From positions 64,001 through 128,000 of the forward strand of contig CAWHHI010000005.1 in the NCBI GenBank assembly GCA_963829055.1: DNA of 64,000 nucleotides. Direction: 5' to 3'. The DNA comes from an uncultured Gemmatimonadaceae bacterium. GTDB lineage: Bacteria; Gemmatimonadota; Gemmatimonadetes; Gemmatimonadales; Gemmatimonadaceae. The translations under genes and the position numbers were made by a program. This document shows, in pieces, positions 41,746-51,604 of the stretch. A model generated the notes under the pieces. It saw only the letters and a list, made by a program, of their open reading frames with translations, did not search any database and was not told where the DNA came from. How positions within the stretch are numbered: position 1 is the stretch's first letter; each line of letters begins with the position of its first letter.

Positions 41746-42105
41746 TTACTTCTGTGCCTTCGTCTCCCAGTGAAATCTGTGAAGGACGTGATGGAAGGTC
41801 GGCGCGAGGACGAGCGCCGTCACGGCGAGGAACACCAACCCGGAGTACAGCGAGAAGATGCCGGCGAAGATCTTCCCCGACGAGGTACTGAGTGGGGTCA
41901 CGGGTCCCATGCCGCCGAGCAGCATGCAGACGTTCACGAACGCGTCGATCCACTCCAGATCCGCCAGCCAGTGGTAGCCAACCATGCCCACCGCGAGTGA
42001 CACCAGGACCAGGGCCCCGGCATACGACATCGGCCGTGACATGCGCTGGAACAACAGGCGGCGCGTCGGTGCTTCCACGGGATCGATCCTCCTGAAGCGG
42101 ATCAT
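41746..42105 (-). CDS. Small 2-TM ion-channel-like membrane protein
   Basis: GMVGYHWL..WIDAFVNVCMLLGGMGP..GKIFAGIFSLYSGLVF..APTFHHVLHRFH. Confidence 0.75.
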   Translation of the reverse strand: MIRFRRIDPVEAPTRRLLFQRMSRPMSYAGALVLVSLAVGMVGYHWLADLEWIDAFVNVCMLLGGMGPVTPLSTSSGKIFAGIFSLYSGLVFLAVTALVLAPTFHHVLHRFHWETKAQK

Positions 42106-42155
42106 GGGTGAGCTACGCACCGAGCTCGACCCGCGCAACCGGTTGACTGATGCGA

Positions 42156-42188
42156 GCGAGCCCGCGGGTACCATGCCCGCGGGCTCGC
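42156..42188. terminator. GC-rich hairpin downstream of the BON gene
   Basis: gcgagcccgcggg-taccatg-cccgcgggctcgc. Confidence 0.5.
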
Positions 42189-42240
42189 TGCCTAACGCTT
42201 CTCCATCGACCACGCGGCGCTGGTGGCGGATGGCAGAACG

Positions 42241-43564
42241 TTACGTCGGGTTGGCGCCCGTCCCCGAGGAACCACCCGTCGTCGAGGTGCCACCGGAACC
42301 GGAGGTCGAGCCGGTCGCCGCGGTAGCGCCGGACGTCGATGCTCCGCCGGTGCCGGCGGACGACGTCGAGCTCCGCGAGCTTCTCCCGCGCGACTCGGAG
42401 CCGCTCCCCGCGTCCGCGCGTCCGCCCTCGCGCTCCGTCCCGCGTGTCACCTCACGGTCGGACATGCTGCTGCCGCTACCACCGCCACCACCACCGCGGT
42501 TCACGCGGATCTGGTTGTGCACCTCCACCACGCCCGAGCACTGCTCCACGATGTCCTCGGCCAGTCGCTTCGCCTGCCGATCATCCACCGTGCCGGTGAG
42601 CGTCACCTCGCCACCTTTCACGCGCACTTCGATCTCGCTCGCGTCGATCTCCGGATGGCGGGTCAGCTGCTCGTTGACCTCCTCCTCGATGCGCTCATCC
42701 GAGCGGCGATAGCCTTTGGGTCCGCGGCCCACGTGCGAGGTGCGACCGCCCTGCCAGCTCTGACTCCCGCGGCCTTGACCGCCATACGAGCCACCGGCGT
42801 AACTCTGCGCTCCCTGTCCGGCGTTCGCGCCACCGCTCGCGCCATACCCGCCGGTTTCTCCGTATCCACCCGAGCGGCCGTATCCGCCGGCGTAGCCCTG
42901 GCCCCATTCGCTTCCGGTATTCGGGCCGAAGCTCGAGCCGCCTTGCTGGCCGCCGTATCCACCCTGTTGACCACCGTACCCACCCTGCTGTCCTCCGCCA
43001 TACTGCTGGCCGCCACCGTACTGGCTGCCTCCGCCGTATCCGCCCTGCTGACCGCCGCCGCCTCTGTTGCCATACCCGCCGTAGTTGCCCTGGCCGCCTC
43101 CGTACCCCTGCGATCCGAAGTTGCCGGGCGAACCGTACTCGCTCTGTGAGCCGAACTGCGCGCCCTCTGGCGACCAGTTGGATCCGCCCTGCGAGGACCC
43201 GCCTTGCGAGCCGTAGTTGCCGTAGCTGCCCTGACCACCAGACTGTCCGCCGCCGTTCCCACCGTAGCCGCCGCCATATCCGCCACCGTACCCGGAATTG
43301 CCGCCGCTTCCGTAATCCTCGCTGCCGCCGCGACCATAGCCGCTGACGTTTCCACCGTAGCCACCTCCCCCTCCCTGCATGCCTCCGCCGTACCCGCCCT
43401 GTCCTTGTTGTCCCTGTCCGCCGCGGCTGCCGTAGCCGCCTTCGTTGCCGTATCCGCCTTGGCTGCCCTGTGCCTGGCGCCTGCCCGCTTTCACGCCACC
43501 CGCGCTGCTGCCCGCTGCGATCGTCGAAGTCGCGTCCGCCTCGTCCAAAATCATCGCGCGCCAT
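42241..43564 (-). CDS. BON-domain protein with a long Gly/Tyr/Gln/Ser low-complexity N-terminus (frameshift near 43480)
   Basis: ggagg RBS + MARDDFGRGGRDFDD in one frame; GRGPKGYRRSDERI..IDASEIEVRVKGGEVTLTGTV..GVVEVHNQIRV in the other. Confidence 0.85.
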
Positions 43565-43721
43565 ACCAACTACCTCCGCCCACGTAAACGAGAATTGCGC
43601 CGAGAGGACCCGCCTCTCGCGACGCGTGAGGGATGGCCGAATCGTCTCAAGAAACATTCCTGCGAGCGCCTATTCCTCGGGTATGCGACGTTGCTGGTCC
43701 GTCGCTGATCCACAGGTCAGT

Positions 43722-43771
43722 CCGGCTACGATGACATCAAACAGGTTCATCGCTGATGCTCGGGGATGACA
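43722..43771. repeat. Degenerate single arm of the TGTCATCCC REP-like family
   Basis: ccggctacgatgacatcaaacaggttcatcgctgatgctcggggatgaca resembles 53688-53738. Confidence 0.6.
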
Positions 43772-43891
43772 TTTCGCCGTGGCATCCTGCCTAACGCGGC
43801 ACGTGCCACCGCGCGACACCAACCATTTGCGACTTTGTCCTGTCCAACGGTTCAAACTGGTCCTGCCCCGACGCTGTCGATTGGGTAGTAT

Positions 43892-43906
43892 TTCTACATT
43901 GTAGAA
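43892..43906. promoter_or_regulatory. Palindromic candidate repressor operator upstream of an ADOP permease
   Basis: TTCTACA-T-TGTAGAA, 31 nt before ATG 43938. Confidence 0.55.
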
Positions 43907-43937
43907 GTCGCACAGCAGAAAACGCCTACGCACCCGC

Positions 43938-46592
43938 ATGCCCCTGCCTGAACCACGCCCATCCGAGCACGCCCTGCCAAGACTCCCGGCCGCCCTGCTG
44001 CGAGCCACGCTCCCGCGCCAGGAACGCGACGAGCTGATGGCAGACCTCGCGGCGGAATTCGCCGGGCACACGATGCAGCGAGGGCCGGCGGCAGCACGAC
44101 GATGGCTGTGGCGACAGGCACTTCACTCCACGCCTTCGTTATTCGCCTGGCAATGGTGGCGCGGTTGGACCGGCTTCGAACCGCGCGCGAACGTCTATCG
44201 GCCCGGAGGGCCCATGCTGAGAACCTGGATCACGGACGCCATGTACGCCGCGCGCCGCCTGCGCGCACGCCCCGGCTTCACTCTCCTGTCGGTGCTCACG
44301 CTCGCCCTGGGCGTCGGCGGCACGGCGGCCGTCTTCGGCATCGCCCGCCCGCTCATCTTCGACCCACTGCCGTATGCGAACGCCGACGAGGTCGGCACGT
44401 TCTGGATGACCGGCAGCTGGAACGAGGAGGAGTTCGTGACGCTGCGCGGGAAGATCCCGGGCTTCCAGCTGGTCGCGAGCTATCGGCCGACCGACGTCAC
44501 GATGCGCACCGGCGACGGACCCACGCGGCTCATTCCCGGCATCGGCACCTCGGCCGAACTGTTCGACGTGCTTGGCGCGCGTCCGCTGATCGGTCGCGGC
44601 TTTCGCGCCGGCGACGACGCGATCGGCGCCGAGCCGGTCGCCGTCATCAGCTACGGACTGTGGAAGGATCTCGGCGGGAATCCGTCGATCCTCGGCACCC
44701 GCCTGACGCTCGATGGCTCACCGCGCACAGTGGTCGGCGTGATGCCGCGCGGCTTCTGGTTCCCGGACCCCACCATTCGCATCTGGATCGCGCGGGCGCT
44801 CAACCCCGAGGGTCATAACGGGAGCTGGACGCTCGTCGGTCGTGTCGCGCCGGGTGTCTCGGTGGAACGCGTCGAGCCGTACGTCGCGCAACTCACGAAG
44901 ATGCTCGGCGAGCGGTGGAAGTACGACGAGAAGTGGGACAAGACTCGCAACGCGTTCGTGACGCCGCTCCGATCCAACCTGCTCGGATCGCTGCGTCCGG
45001 CGCTCGCCGCGACGTTCGTGGCGATGGCGTTGATCCTGTTGATCGCGTGCGCGAACGTCGCCGCGCTGATGCTCGGCCAGGTGGAAGGGCGAACCACGGA
45101 GCTCGCTGTCCGTTCGGCGTTAGGCGCCACGCGGAGACGTCTCACGCAGCAGCTCGTCGTCGAGGCGGTGCTCATCGGCCTGGGAGCGGGACTCGCCGGC
45201 GCCGCGTTGGCGGCCGTGGGATTTCGCGTCCTCGCATCGGCACTCCCGCTCGGTGCGTGGGCCGAGAGTGCAGGGTTCGACTGGACGATGTTTCTCGTCG
45301 CGCTCGGGATCGCCATCCTGGCGGTGTTGCTCGTCGTGCTCGTTCCGCTTACCGCACTCTCACGTGGCGACCTGCGACTCGCGCTCGGCGGCGGCCGCAC
45401 GGGCGGAATTCAGGGCCGAGGGGGGCGTATCGAGCGCGGTCTCGTGGTGGCGGAAGTCGCGCTCGCGATGCTCATCGCATCGGGTGCCGCGCTGCTCGTG
45501 CGCAGCGTCACGAACCTGTACGCGATAGATCCGGGCCTCGAGGCGGAGGGCGTCGCGGTCATCAAGGTCGTGCCGAGCGCGGAGCTGACGGCCGTGCAAC
45601 GTCGTCAGGCGATCGATGAGATGAATGCGGCACTGAGCGAGCTGTCCGGCGTGAAGTCGGCGGCGGCGGTGATGAGACTCCCGCTCGGCGGCGGCGGTGA
45701 CAGCTTCGGCGTGACGATACAGGGGCGGCCGGACATGAAGGAGACGGGCACGTATTTCCGCATCGTCACGCGCGGGTACTTCGAGACGATGGGCATCCGG
45801 CTGCGCGATGGCCGCACGTTCAACACGTCGGATCGGCTGGACGGCGGCGAGATGCCGATCATCGTGAACGACGCGTTCGTGAAGGCGTTCTTCCCGGGCG
45901 AGAACCCGTTAGGCCGAGTGGTGGGCGGTGGGTTCAACGCACCGCAGCGGATCATTGGCGTCGTCGCGAACGTCGCCGAAGGGAAGCTGACCGACGAGCC
46001 CGAGCCGGTGCGCTACTTCGTGTCCGGCGTGGCGCCGTGGTTCTCGCCGAGCGCCGCGCTGGTGATCCGGACCGCGCGCGCCGGGGATGCCGCGACGGTG
46101 CTGGACGCCGCGCGGCGCACCGTGCAGCGGGTGGCGCCGAACTTCGCGATCCAGGAGACCACGACGATGTCGCGGATACTGGACACCGCGGTCGGCCCGG
46201 CGCGACAGGTCATGTCGCTGTTGTCGCTGCTGTCGGGTCTCGCGCTGGTGCTGGGAGCGATCGGGATCTACGGCGTCATCTCGCACTTCGCGTCGCGTCG
46301 CAAGCGCGACTGGGCGATCCGTGTCGCGTTAGGTCTTCCCGGCACGCACGTGATCGGACACGTCGTGAGGCAGGGTCTGGTGCTGGTGGTGATCGGCGTG
46401 GCGTTAGGCGCCGTCGGGACGATCGCGCTCACGCGACTGTTGACGTCGTTCCTGTTCGGTGTGAAGCCGGTCGATCCGCTGGCATTCGCGGCGGCGAGCG
46501 CGGCGCTGCTCGTGATCGGCGTGGTGGCGGCGTTCGTCCCGGCGTGGCGGGCGGGAATGGTGGATCCGGCGCTGGCGCTGCGGGAACAGTAG
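43938..46592 (+). CDS. ADOP-type duplicated MacB/FtsX ABC permease
   Basis: RRLRARPGF, TLALGVGG, LLIACANVA, ELAVRSALGA, GIYGVISH, AIRVALG, VDPALALRE. Confidence 0.92.
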   Translation: MPLPEPRPSEHALPRLPAALLRATLPRQERDELMADLAAEFAGHTMQRGPAAARRWLWRQALHSTPSLFAWQWWRGWTGFEPRANVYRPGGPMLRTWITDAMYAARRLRARPGFTLLSVLTLALGVGGTAAVFGIARPLIFDPLPYANADEVGTFWMTGSWNEEEFVTLRGKIPGFQLVASYRPTDVTMRTGDGPTRLIPGIGTSAELFDVLGARPLIGRGFRAGDDAIGAEPVAVISYGLWKDLGGNPSILGTRLTLDGSPRTVVGVMPRGFWFPDPTIRIWIARALNPEGHNGSWTLVGRVAPGVSVERVEPYVAQLTKMLGERWKYDEKWDKTRNAFVTPLRSNLLGSLRPALAATFVAMALILLIACANVAALMLGQVEGRTTELAVRSALGATRRRLTQQLVVEAVLIGLGAGLAGAALAAVGFRVLASALPLGAWAESAGFDWTMFLVALGIAILAVLLVVLVPLTALSRGDLRLALGGGRTGGIQGRGGRIERGLVVAEVALAMLIASGAALLVRSVTNLYAIDPGLEAEGVAVIKVVPSAELTAVQRRQAIDEMNAALSELSGVKSAAAVMRLPLGGGGDSFGVTIQGRPDMKETGTYFRIVTRGYFETMGIRLRDGRTFNTSDRLDGGEMPIIVNDAFVKAFFPGENPLGRVVGGGFNAPQRIIGVVANVAEGKLTDEPEPVRYFVSGVAPWFSPSAALVIRTARAGDAATVLDAARRTVQRVAPNFAIQETTTMSRILDTAVGPARQVMSLLSLLSGLALVLGAIGIYGVISHFASRRKRDWAIRVALGLPGTHVIGHVVRQGLVLVVIGVALGAVGTIALTRLLTSFLFGVKPVDPLAFAAASAALLVIGVVAAFVPAWRAGMVDPALALREQ

Positions 46593-46599
46593 CGGAAAC

Positions 46600-46776
46600 G
46601 GGGACGGAGGGCGGAGGGCGGAGGCAGGACGGAGCGGTGTCATCCCGAGCGACAGCGAGGGATCTTCTGCGAACGTCTCGTGGCAAATCTGGCCACGATG
46701 ACGTTCGAGAAGATCCCTCGCTGACGCTCGGGATGACACCGCTCCGTCCGTCCCGCCGTCCGCCCTCCGCCGTCCG
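46600..46776. repeat. REP-like doublet (46638-46738) with inverted GGCGGAG/CTCCGCC arms, between convergent genes
   Basis: ggacggagcggtgtcatcccgagcgacagcgagggatcttct...agaagatccctcgctgacgctcgggatgacaccgctccgtcc. Confidence 0.88.
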
Positions 46777-46784
46777 GCTCCTCC

Positions 46785-47495
46785 CTATTCCCCCGTATCA
46801 GACGTCGACGCCGCCACCGGCTTCGATTGCGCCGAGCCCCGTTGACGGAGCCAGATCGAGATCACGACCAGTACGCCGACGGAGAAGAACTCACTCTGCC
46901 AATTCTCGAACGACTCGAACCAGAAGCGGCTCGTCCCGATGTAGCCCAGGGCCGATACCGTCGCGCCGCCGTGCTGCTGCTGTCCCTCGTTGTACGCCAT
47001 CGAGCCGCCGATGGCGTGGCCAACGAACGCGACGAGGAACATTAACAGCAGCACGGTGCCTAACGAGCGCTGGTACATGGCCAGCCACACGCCACCCCGT
47101 CGTACCGGCCACGGCGCGTCCGGGTCGTCCCGCGCCTCACGCGGATCCTGATCGACGGCGTCGGGCTCTTCGATCGTCTTGGACTCGGATGATCCCCGCT
47201 GGTACAGAAAGGATGTGAGGAGCACGAAGAGTCCCATCTGCAGGAACTCCGACTCCATGTTTTCGGACGTCGCCTCGATGAAGTGGCCACTTCGCAGGTA
47301 CGTCGCGAGACCGACACTCGGCTGCCCGTGCCCGCGCTGGTCCTCGTTGTACGTGCGATGACCCGCGACGATCTGGCCGGCGAACGACACGGCGAAGAAT
47401 GCGAACGCCGCAATGCTGAGCCCGTTTTCGAAGAGGAATCTTCCAATTTTTCCGCGTCTGCGGAGCGACTCGGTACGCAACGCCGCCGCTCTCAT
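46785..47495 (-). CDS. DUF6766-like membrane protein
   Basis: ENGLSI, ENMESEFLQMG, QRGSSESK, APWPVRRGG, FWFESFENWQSEF, LRQRGSAQSKPV. Confidence 0.8.
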   Translation of the reverse strand: MRAAALRTESLRRRGKIGRFLFENGLSIAAFAFFAVSFAGQIVAGHRTYNEDQRGHGQPSVGLATYLRSGHFIEATSENMESEFLQMGLFVLLTSFLYQRGSSESKTIEEPDAVDQDPREARDDPDAPWPVRRGGVWLAMYQRSLGTVLLLMFLVAFVGHAIGGSMAYNEGQQQHGGATVSALGYIGTSRFWFESFENWQSEFFSVGVLVVISIWLRQRGSAQSKPVAASTSDTGE

Positions 47496-47722
47496 CGCGG
47501 ACGGCGAACCGGCTCGCTCATGTTCGTCACGCTCGGCGCGGTCACGCGCTCGCTCTACCGCTTCCACGTTTCGCTCACGCACGCTCGGTGACACGAGTCC
47601 TCCTCCAGCGTTTATGTGATCGAGCTCGTGCCGCCGAAAGGCAAGTCGTGTTCCGGCTCTGCCGTGTGGACGGCCGACGTATGCGCTCCGGCTGCCGCTT
47701 GTCCGCGCGCCGAGCGCGGCGG

Positions 47723-47856
47723 TATACTCGGGCAGCGCGCCGAGCAGGGCGCGTCCCGTCCGCGGAAAGGGCCGCGCCCACCTGCCTGAGCGAAGAGGTT
47801 CGACGCACGACCTCTTTCTGCCCGTTCTGCGGACGCCGGGCGTATCGAAGGAGGTC
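47723..47856 (+). promoter_or_regulatory. Putative -10 box (TATACT) followed by a structured 5' leader and RBS of the ankyrin gene
   Basis: Stem 47757-47772 / 47820-47835 enclosing hairpin 47793-47816; aaggagg just before ATG 47859. Confidence 0.5.
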
Positions 47857-47858
47857 GC

Positions 47859-49433
47859 ATGTCCGGTCCCACCCCGCCGCGCGCCGCGCGGTCGCTCCCG
47901 GCTACGCCGAATCTGGAGCAGCAGAAGAAGCAGGCGCGCGAGCTGCTCGACGCCGCGCGTAGCCGGACGCGCGCCGCGCTCGCGCGATTCCGTGTTCACC
48001 CGCGGCTCGCCGCGTTCTCCGATGACGAGCTCCGCACACGCCCGTTCTCGCTGCACGAGGCGCAGCTCGTCCTCGCGCGCGAGTACGGCTTCGCGACCTG
48101 GGCAAGGCTCAAGGCGCACATCAATGATGGCGGTGGCGCTCGCCACACACGGCCGTTCGTGCGCGAGCTGTCGTATTACGACGATCGCGCGCGGGGGCTG
48201 CTCACGATCGTGCCGGACGGTGTGCCGAGCGCGCTCGAGCAGGTGCGGGCGTGGCATCCGCGCTTTGCGGACGCGTCGGACGACGACATCCGTGCCGCCG
48301 GCCTCACGATGGACGATACGCGACTCGTCTACGCTCGGCAGCACGGCTTCGCGAGCTGGGATGCGTTAGGCGCTCACCTCGCGGACGTCGCCGCCGGCGG
48401 CACGCCGGATCCGTTCATGGCGGCCTTCGAGGCGGGCAAGGCGCGAGACTGGGCGCGGGTGCGTGCGCTGCTCGCCGACCATCCGGAGTTGGTGCGGGCT
48501 CGCGGCACGAACGGCAACACGCTGCTCGGGCTGGCCGGGAGCCTCGTGGCCTGCCCGGCACCTAACGCGGTTGCGTCGGAGCCTGCGGCCGACGTGGCGA
48601 AGCGCCTGGCGCCGCTCGCGCTGCTGCTGTCGGCTGGCGCCGACGTCAACCAGGCGAATGACCGTGGCTGGACGCCACTGCATCAGGCCGGGTACCGGAA
48701 TGACTCCGCAATGGCGGCGATGCTCCTCGCCGCGGGCGCGCGCGTCGACGTCGAGGCGCATGGTGCTGGAGGCACGCCGCTCGCGGCGGCGCTGTTCTGG
48801 GGTCATCGCGAGACGGCCGAACTACTGGCAGCAGCGGGGATCCATCCGCGCAATCTGCGGGTCGCCGCCGGGCTGGGTCGCGCTGATCTCGTCCGCGAGT
48901 GCTTCACGGCGGGTGGCCACCTAACGCCGCAGGCAATGTTGGGGCGCGGTTTCTACCGACCACACAGCGGCTTCCCGACGTGGCGCGCGTCGGACGATCC
49001 GCAGGAGGTCCTCGACGAGGCGCTCGTGTGGGCTGCCATGAGCGATCGCGTCGATGTGCTGCCGCTACTCGTCGAGCGCGGTGCCCGCGTGAGCGCGGAT
49101 CCGTATCGGGGCACGCCGCTCGTGCGCGCGGCGTCGACGGGTCGTGTCGCTACGGTCGGATGGCTGCTCGATCATGGCGCTGACGTGAACCAGCGCTCGA
49201 CGTACGGCGGCCCGCACCACGGGTTGGACGTGACCGCGTTGCACATCGCGGCGCAGAATGACCATGTGGACGTCGTCCGGCTGCTCGTGGAGCGTGGCGC
49301 GGACCTCGAGGCTCGCGACGCGCTCTACGGGGGTACGCCGGCGCGCTGGGCGGAGCACGACCGGGCGATGAGGGCGCTCGCGTTCTTGTCATCCCGAGCC
49401 GCCAGCGACGGAGCCCCTGTGAGGTCATCGTAG
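47859..49433 (+). CDS. Ankyrin-repeat protein with N-terminal PNLEQ.KKQA / AREYGF.SW-type repeated domain
   Basis: GWTPLHQA, GGTPLAAA, GTPLVRAA, VTALHIAA ankyrin motifs; AQLVLAREYGFATW and RLVYARQHGFASW. Confidence 0.88.
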   Translation: MSGPTPPRAARSLPATPNLEQQKKQARELLDAARSRTRAALARFRVHPRLAAFSDDELRTRPFSLHEAQLVLAREYGFATWARLKAHINDGGGARHTRPFVRELSYYDDRARGLLTIVPDGVPSALEQVRAWHPRFADASDDDIRAAGLTMDDTRLVYARQHGFASWDALGAHLADVAAGGTPDPFMAAFEAGKARDWARVRALLADHPELVRARGTNGNTLLGLAGSLVACPAPNAVASEPAADVAKRLAPLALLLSAGADVNQANDRGWTPLHQAGYRNDSAMAAMLLAAGARVDVEAHGAGGTPLAAALFWGHRETAELLAAAGIHPRNLRVAAGLGRADLVRECFTAGGHLTPQAMLGRGFYRPHSGFPTWRASDDPQEVLDEALVWAAMSDRVDVLPLLVERGARVSADPYRGTPLVRAASTGRVATVGWLLDHGADVNQRSTYGGPHHGLDVTALHIAAQNDHVDVVRLLVERGADLEARDALYGGTPARWAEHDRAMRALAFLSSRAASDGAPVRSS

Positions 49434-49468
49434 CCGGTCTCGCGCGAGCTGCTCACAGTAGTGCGCGC
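49385..49468 (+). repeat. Left arm of an 84-bp inverted repeat (REP-derived) pairing with 53657-53740
   Basis: 78/84 identical to the reverse complement of 53657-53740 by manual alignment. Confidence 0.9.
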
Positions 49469-49678
49469 CGTCGGACCGGCCACACGAGCATCAAAGAAGG
49501 TCGCTCGCGGACGCTCGCGATAACGACCACAATTGTCGCGCGTCCAAACCTCCGACGCGTTCCGGCTGTCTCCAACGTTGGCGGCAGCGGCAGCGTTGCA
49601 GTTGTTACGCTGATGGCCTTCGGTAGTTCTCGATGGGCGTCAGGCGCCACCTGGTAGACACCCCTCGCCGCCGCAATC

Positions 49679-51579
49679 ATGCCTCGGCTCCGTTCAATCG
49701 CTTCCTTCTGCGTAGTTCTCGCCGCGACCGCGCTCGCGATCACCGTGCGCGGTCGACTCATGGCACCGGACTCGGAGGTTCGGCACTCCGTGACCGTCAC
49801 GGCAGCCATCGCGCATGACGTGTCACAGCCGCTCGACGGCAGCACGGCGTCATCGCTCAGCGGCCACGACCAGACCGCGGACACCGATGGCGACGCGCCC
49901 GATCCAGTCGACGGATCGCACCCGGCATTGCGCGCCGAGCCTAACGACCGTGAACACGAAGAGGTGGCGGCGACCCTGCCGACGATGAGCGTGCCCGCCG
50001 GGTCAGCCGACGTCGAGCAGACGACGTTCGGGACGAAACCGCCGGCGACGCTCGTCGCGAGCTTCGACGGGCTCGGCGTCGGCTTCAGCGGGACCGCAGG
50101 GCACCGCGAATCTCCGCAATCCGTCGGACAACACGCTCGCCGTCGGGCCGAACCACATCGTGCAGATCGTGAACACGCGCATGGCGATCTTCACGAAGAA
50201 AGGGCAAGCAGTACGACACGACCGGGCTCGTGCTGTACGGCCCGGGCGAGACGCGCAACGTGTTCAAGGGCTTCGGCGGCGGGTGCGAGGCGCGCAACAA
50301 CGGCGACGCCGTCGTGCGCTACGACCAGCTCGCGGATCGCTGGCTGATCGTCATGCCGATCTTCGCCGGCTTCCCGTTCGGCAGGACGCACCGCCGGCCG
50401 AGCAAGGCGGGCGAGCCGGCGACAGCCGAGCGTGCGCGGGCAGCCCGGGCAGCCCGGGTGCGGCAGCGCGGCTGTTCGAGCCGCCGCCACCGCCGCCCGG
50501 ACAGCGCGCGGCCCGCTGGCCAGCGTCCGCCGCGGCCAGCGACCGCCGCCGGATTCAGGGGTCTACGCGATGTGCTACGCGGTGAGCACCGGCGCCGACC
50601 CGTTCGGCCCCTACTACCGATACGAGTTCGTGCGGCCGCTCTTCCCGGACTATCCGCGCCCGGCGGTCTGGCCCGACGGCTACTACGTGCCGACCAGCAC
50701 CGGCGACGAGGTCATTCAGAAGCACGCGTGCGTCGTCGATCGCGCGAGCATGCTCGAAGGGCGAGGACGCGACCGAGCAGTGCGTCATCATCGACGACGT
50801 GAACTTCCTGAACAACGCGGATCTCGACGGCAAGCAGCTTCCGCCCAAGGGCGCGCCGAACATCATGATGGCCGCTGGCGGAACGCAGCTGAAGAAGGTG
50901 CTGGAGGACGACGGCATCTACGTCTGGAAGTTCCACGTCGACTGGAAGAATCCGTCGAAGACGAAGGTCGACGGGCCCGACGAAGATCGCCGTCGCGCCG
51001 TACCACTATCTGTGCGACGGGCAGCTGACGAACTGCGTGCCGCAGCCGGGCACCGAGCGGCGGCTCGACGCGCAGGGCGACAAGATCATGGCGCGGCTCG
51101 TCTATCGCCGCATCGGCAATCAGCGAGTCGATCGTCGCCGTGCACTCGGTGAACACGGCGAGCGGCGGCGGCGGCGTGCGCTGGTACGAGTTCCGGGTCG
51201 ACAAGCGGCGGAACGTCTCGCTCTACCAGCAGGGCACGTACGCGCCCGAGGGCTTCTACCGCTGGATGGCGAGCCCGGCGATGGACAGGCACGGGCAACA
51301 TCGGCATCGGCTACTCGTTCGGCGGGACGCCGCACTTCGCCGGCCAGCGCTTCGCCGGCCGGCTCGCGAACGATCCGAAGGGGACGCTGACGTTAGGCGA
51401 GACGGTGCTCGTCGAGGGCGAGGCGGCGCAGACGAACGACGCTGCGCTGGGAGGACTACACGCAGACGGCGGTCGACCCGAGCGACGACTGCACGATCTG
51501 GTACGTCGGCGACTACTTCAAGAAGGACGCGACGAACTACTCGACGCGGATCGGTGCGGTTCGAATGCCGGGGTGTTGA
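49679..51579 (+). CDS. Secreted hypothetical protein (likely beta-rich), many frameshifts
   Basis: Pieces PSDNTLAVGPNHIVQIVN, NGDAVVRYDQLADRW, FPDYPRPAVWPDGYY, GVRWYEFR, RWEDYTQTAVDPSDDCTIWY; TGA 51577-51579. Confidence 0.7.
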
Positions 51580-51604
51580 TCGGGAATCGGGAATCGGGAA
51601 TCGC

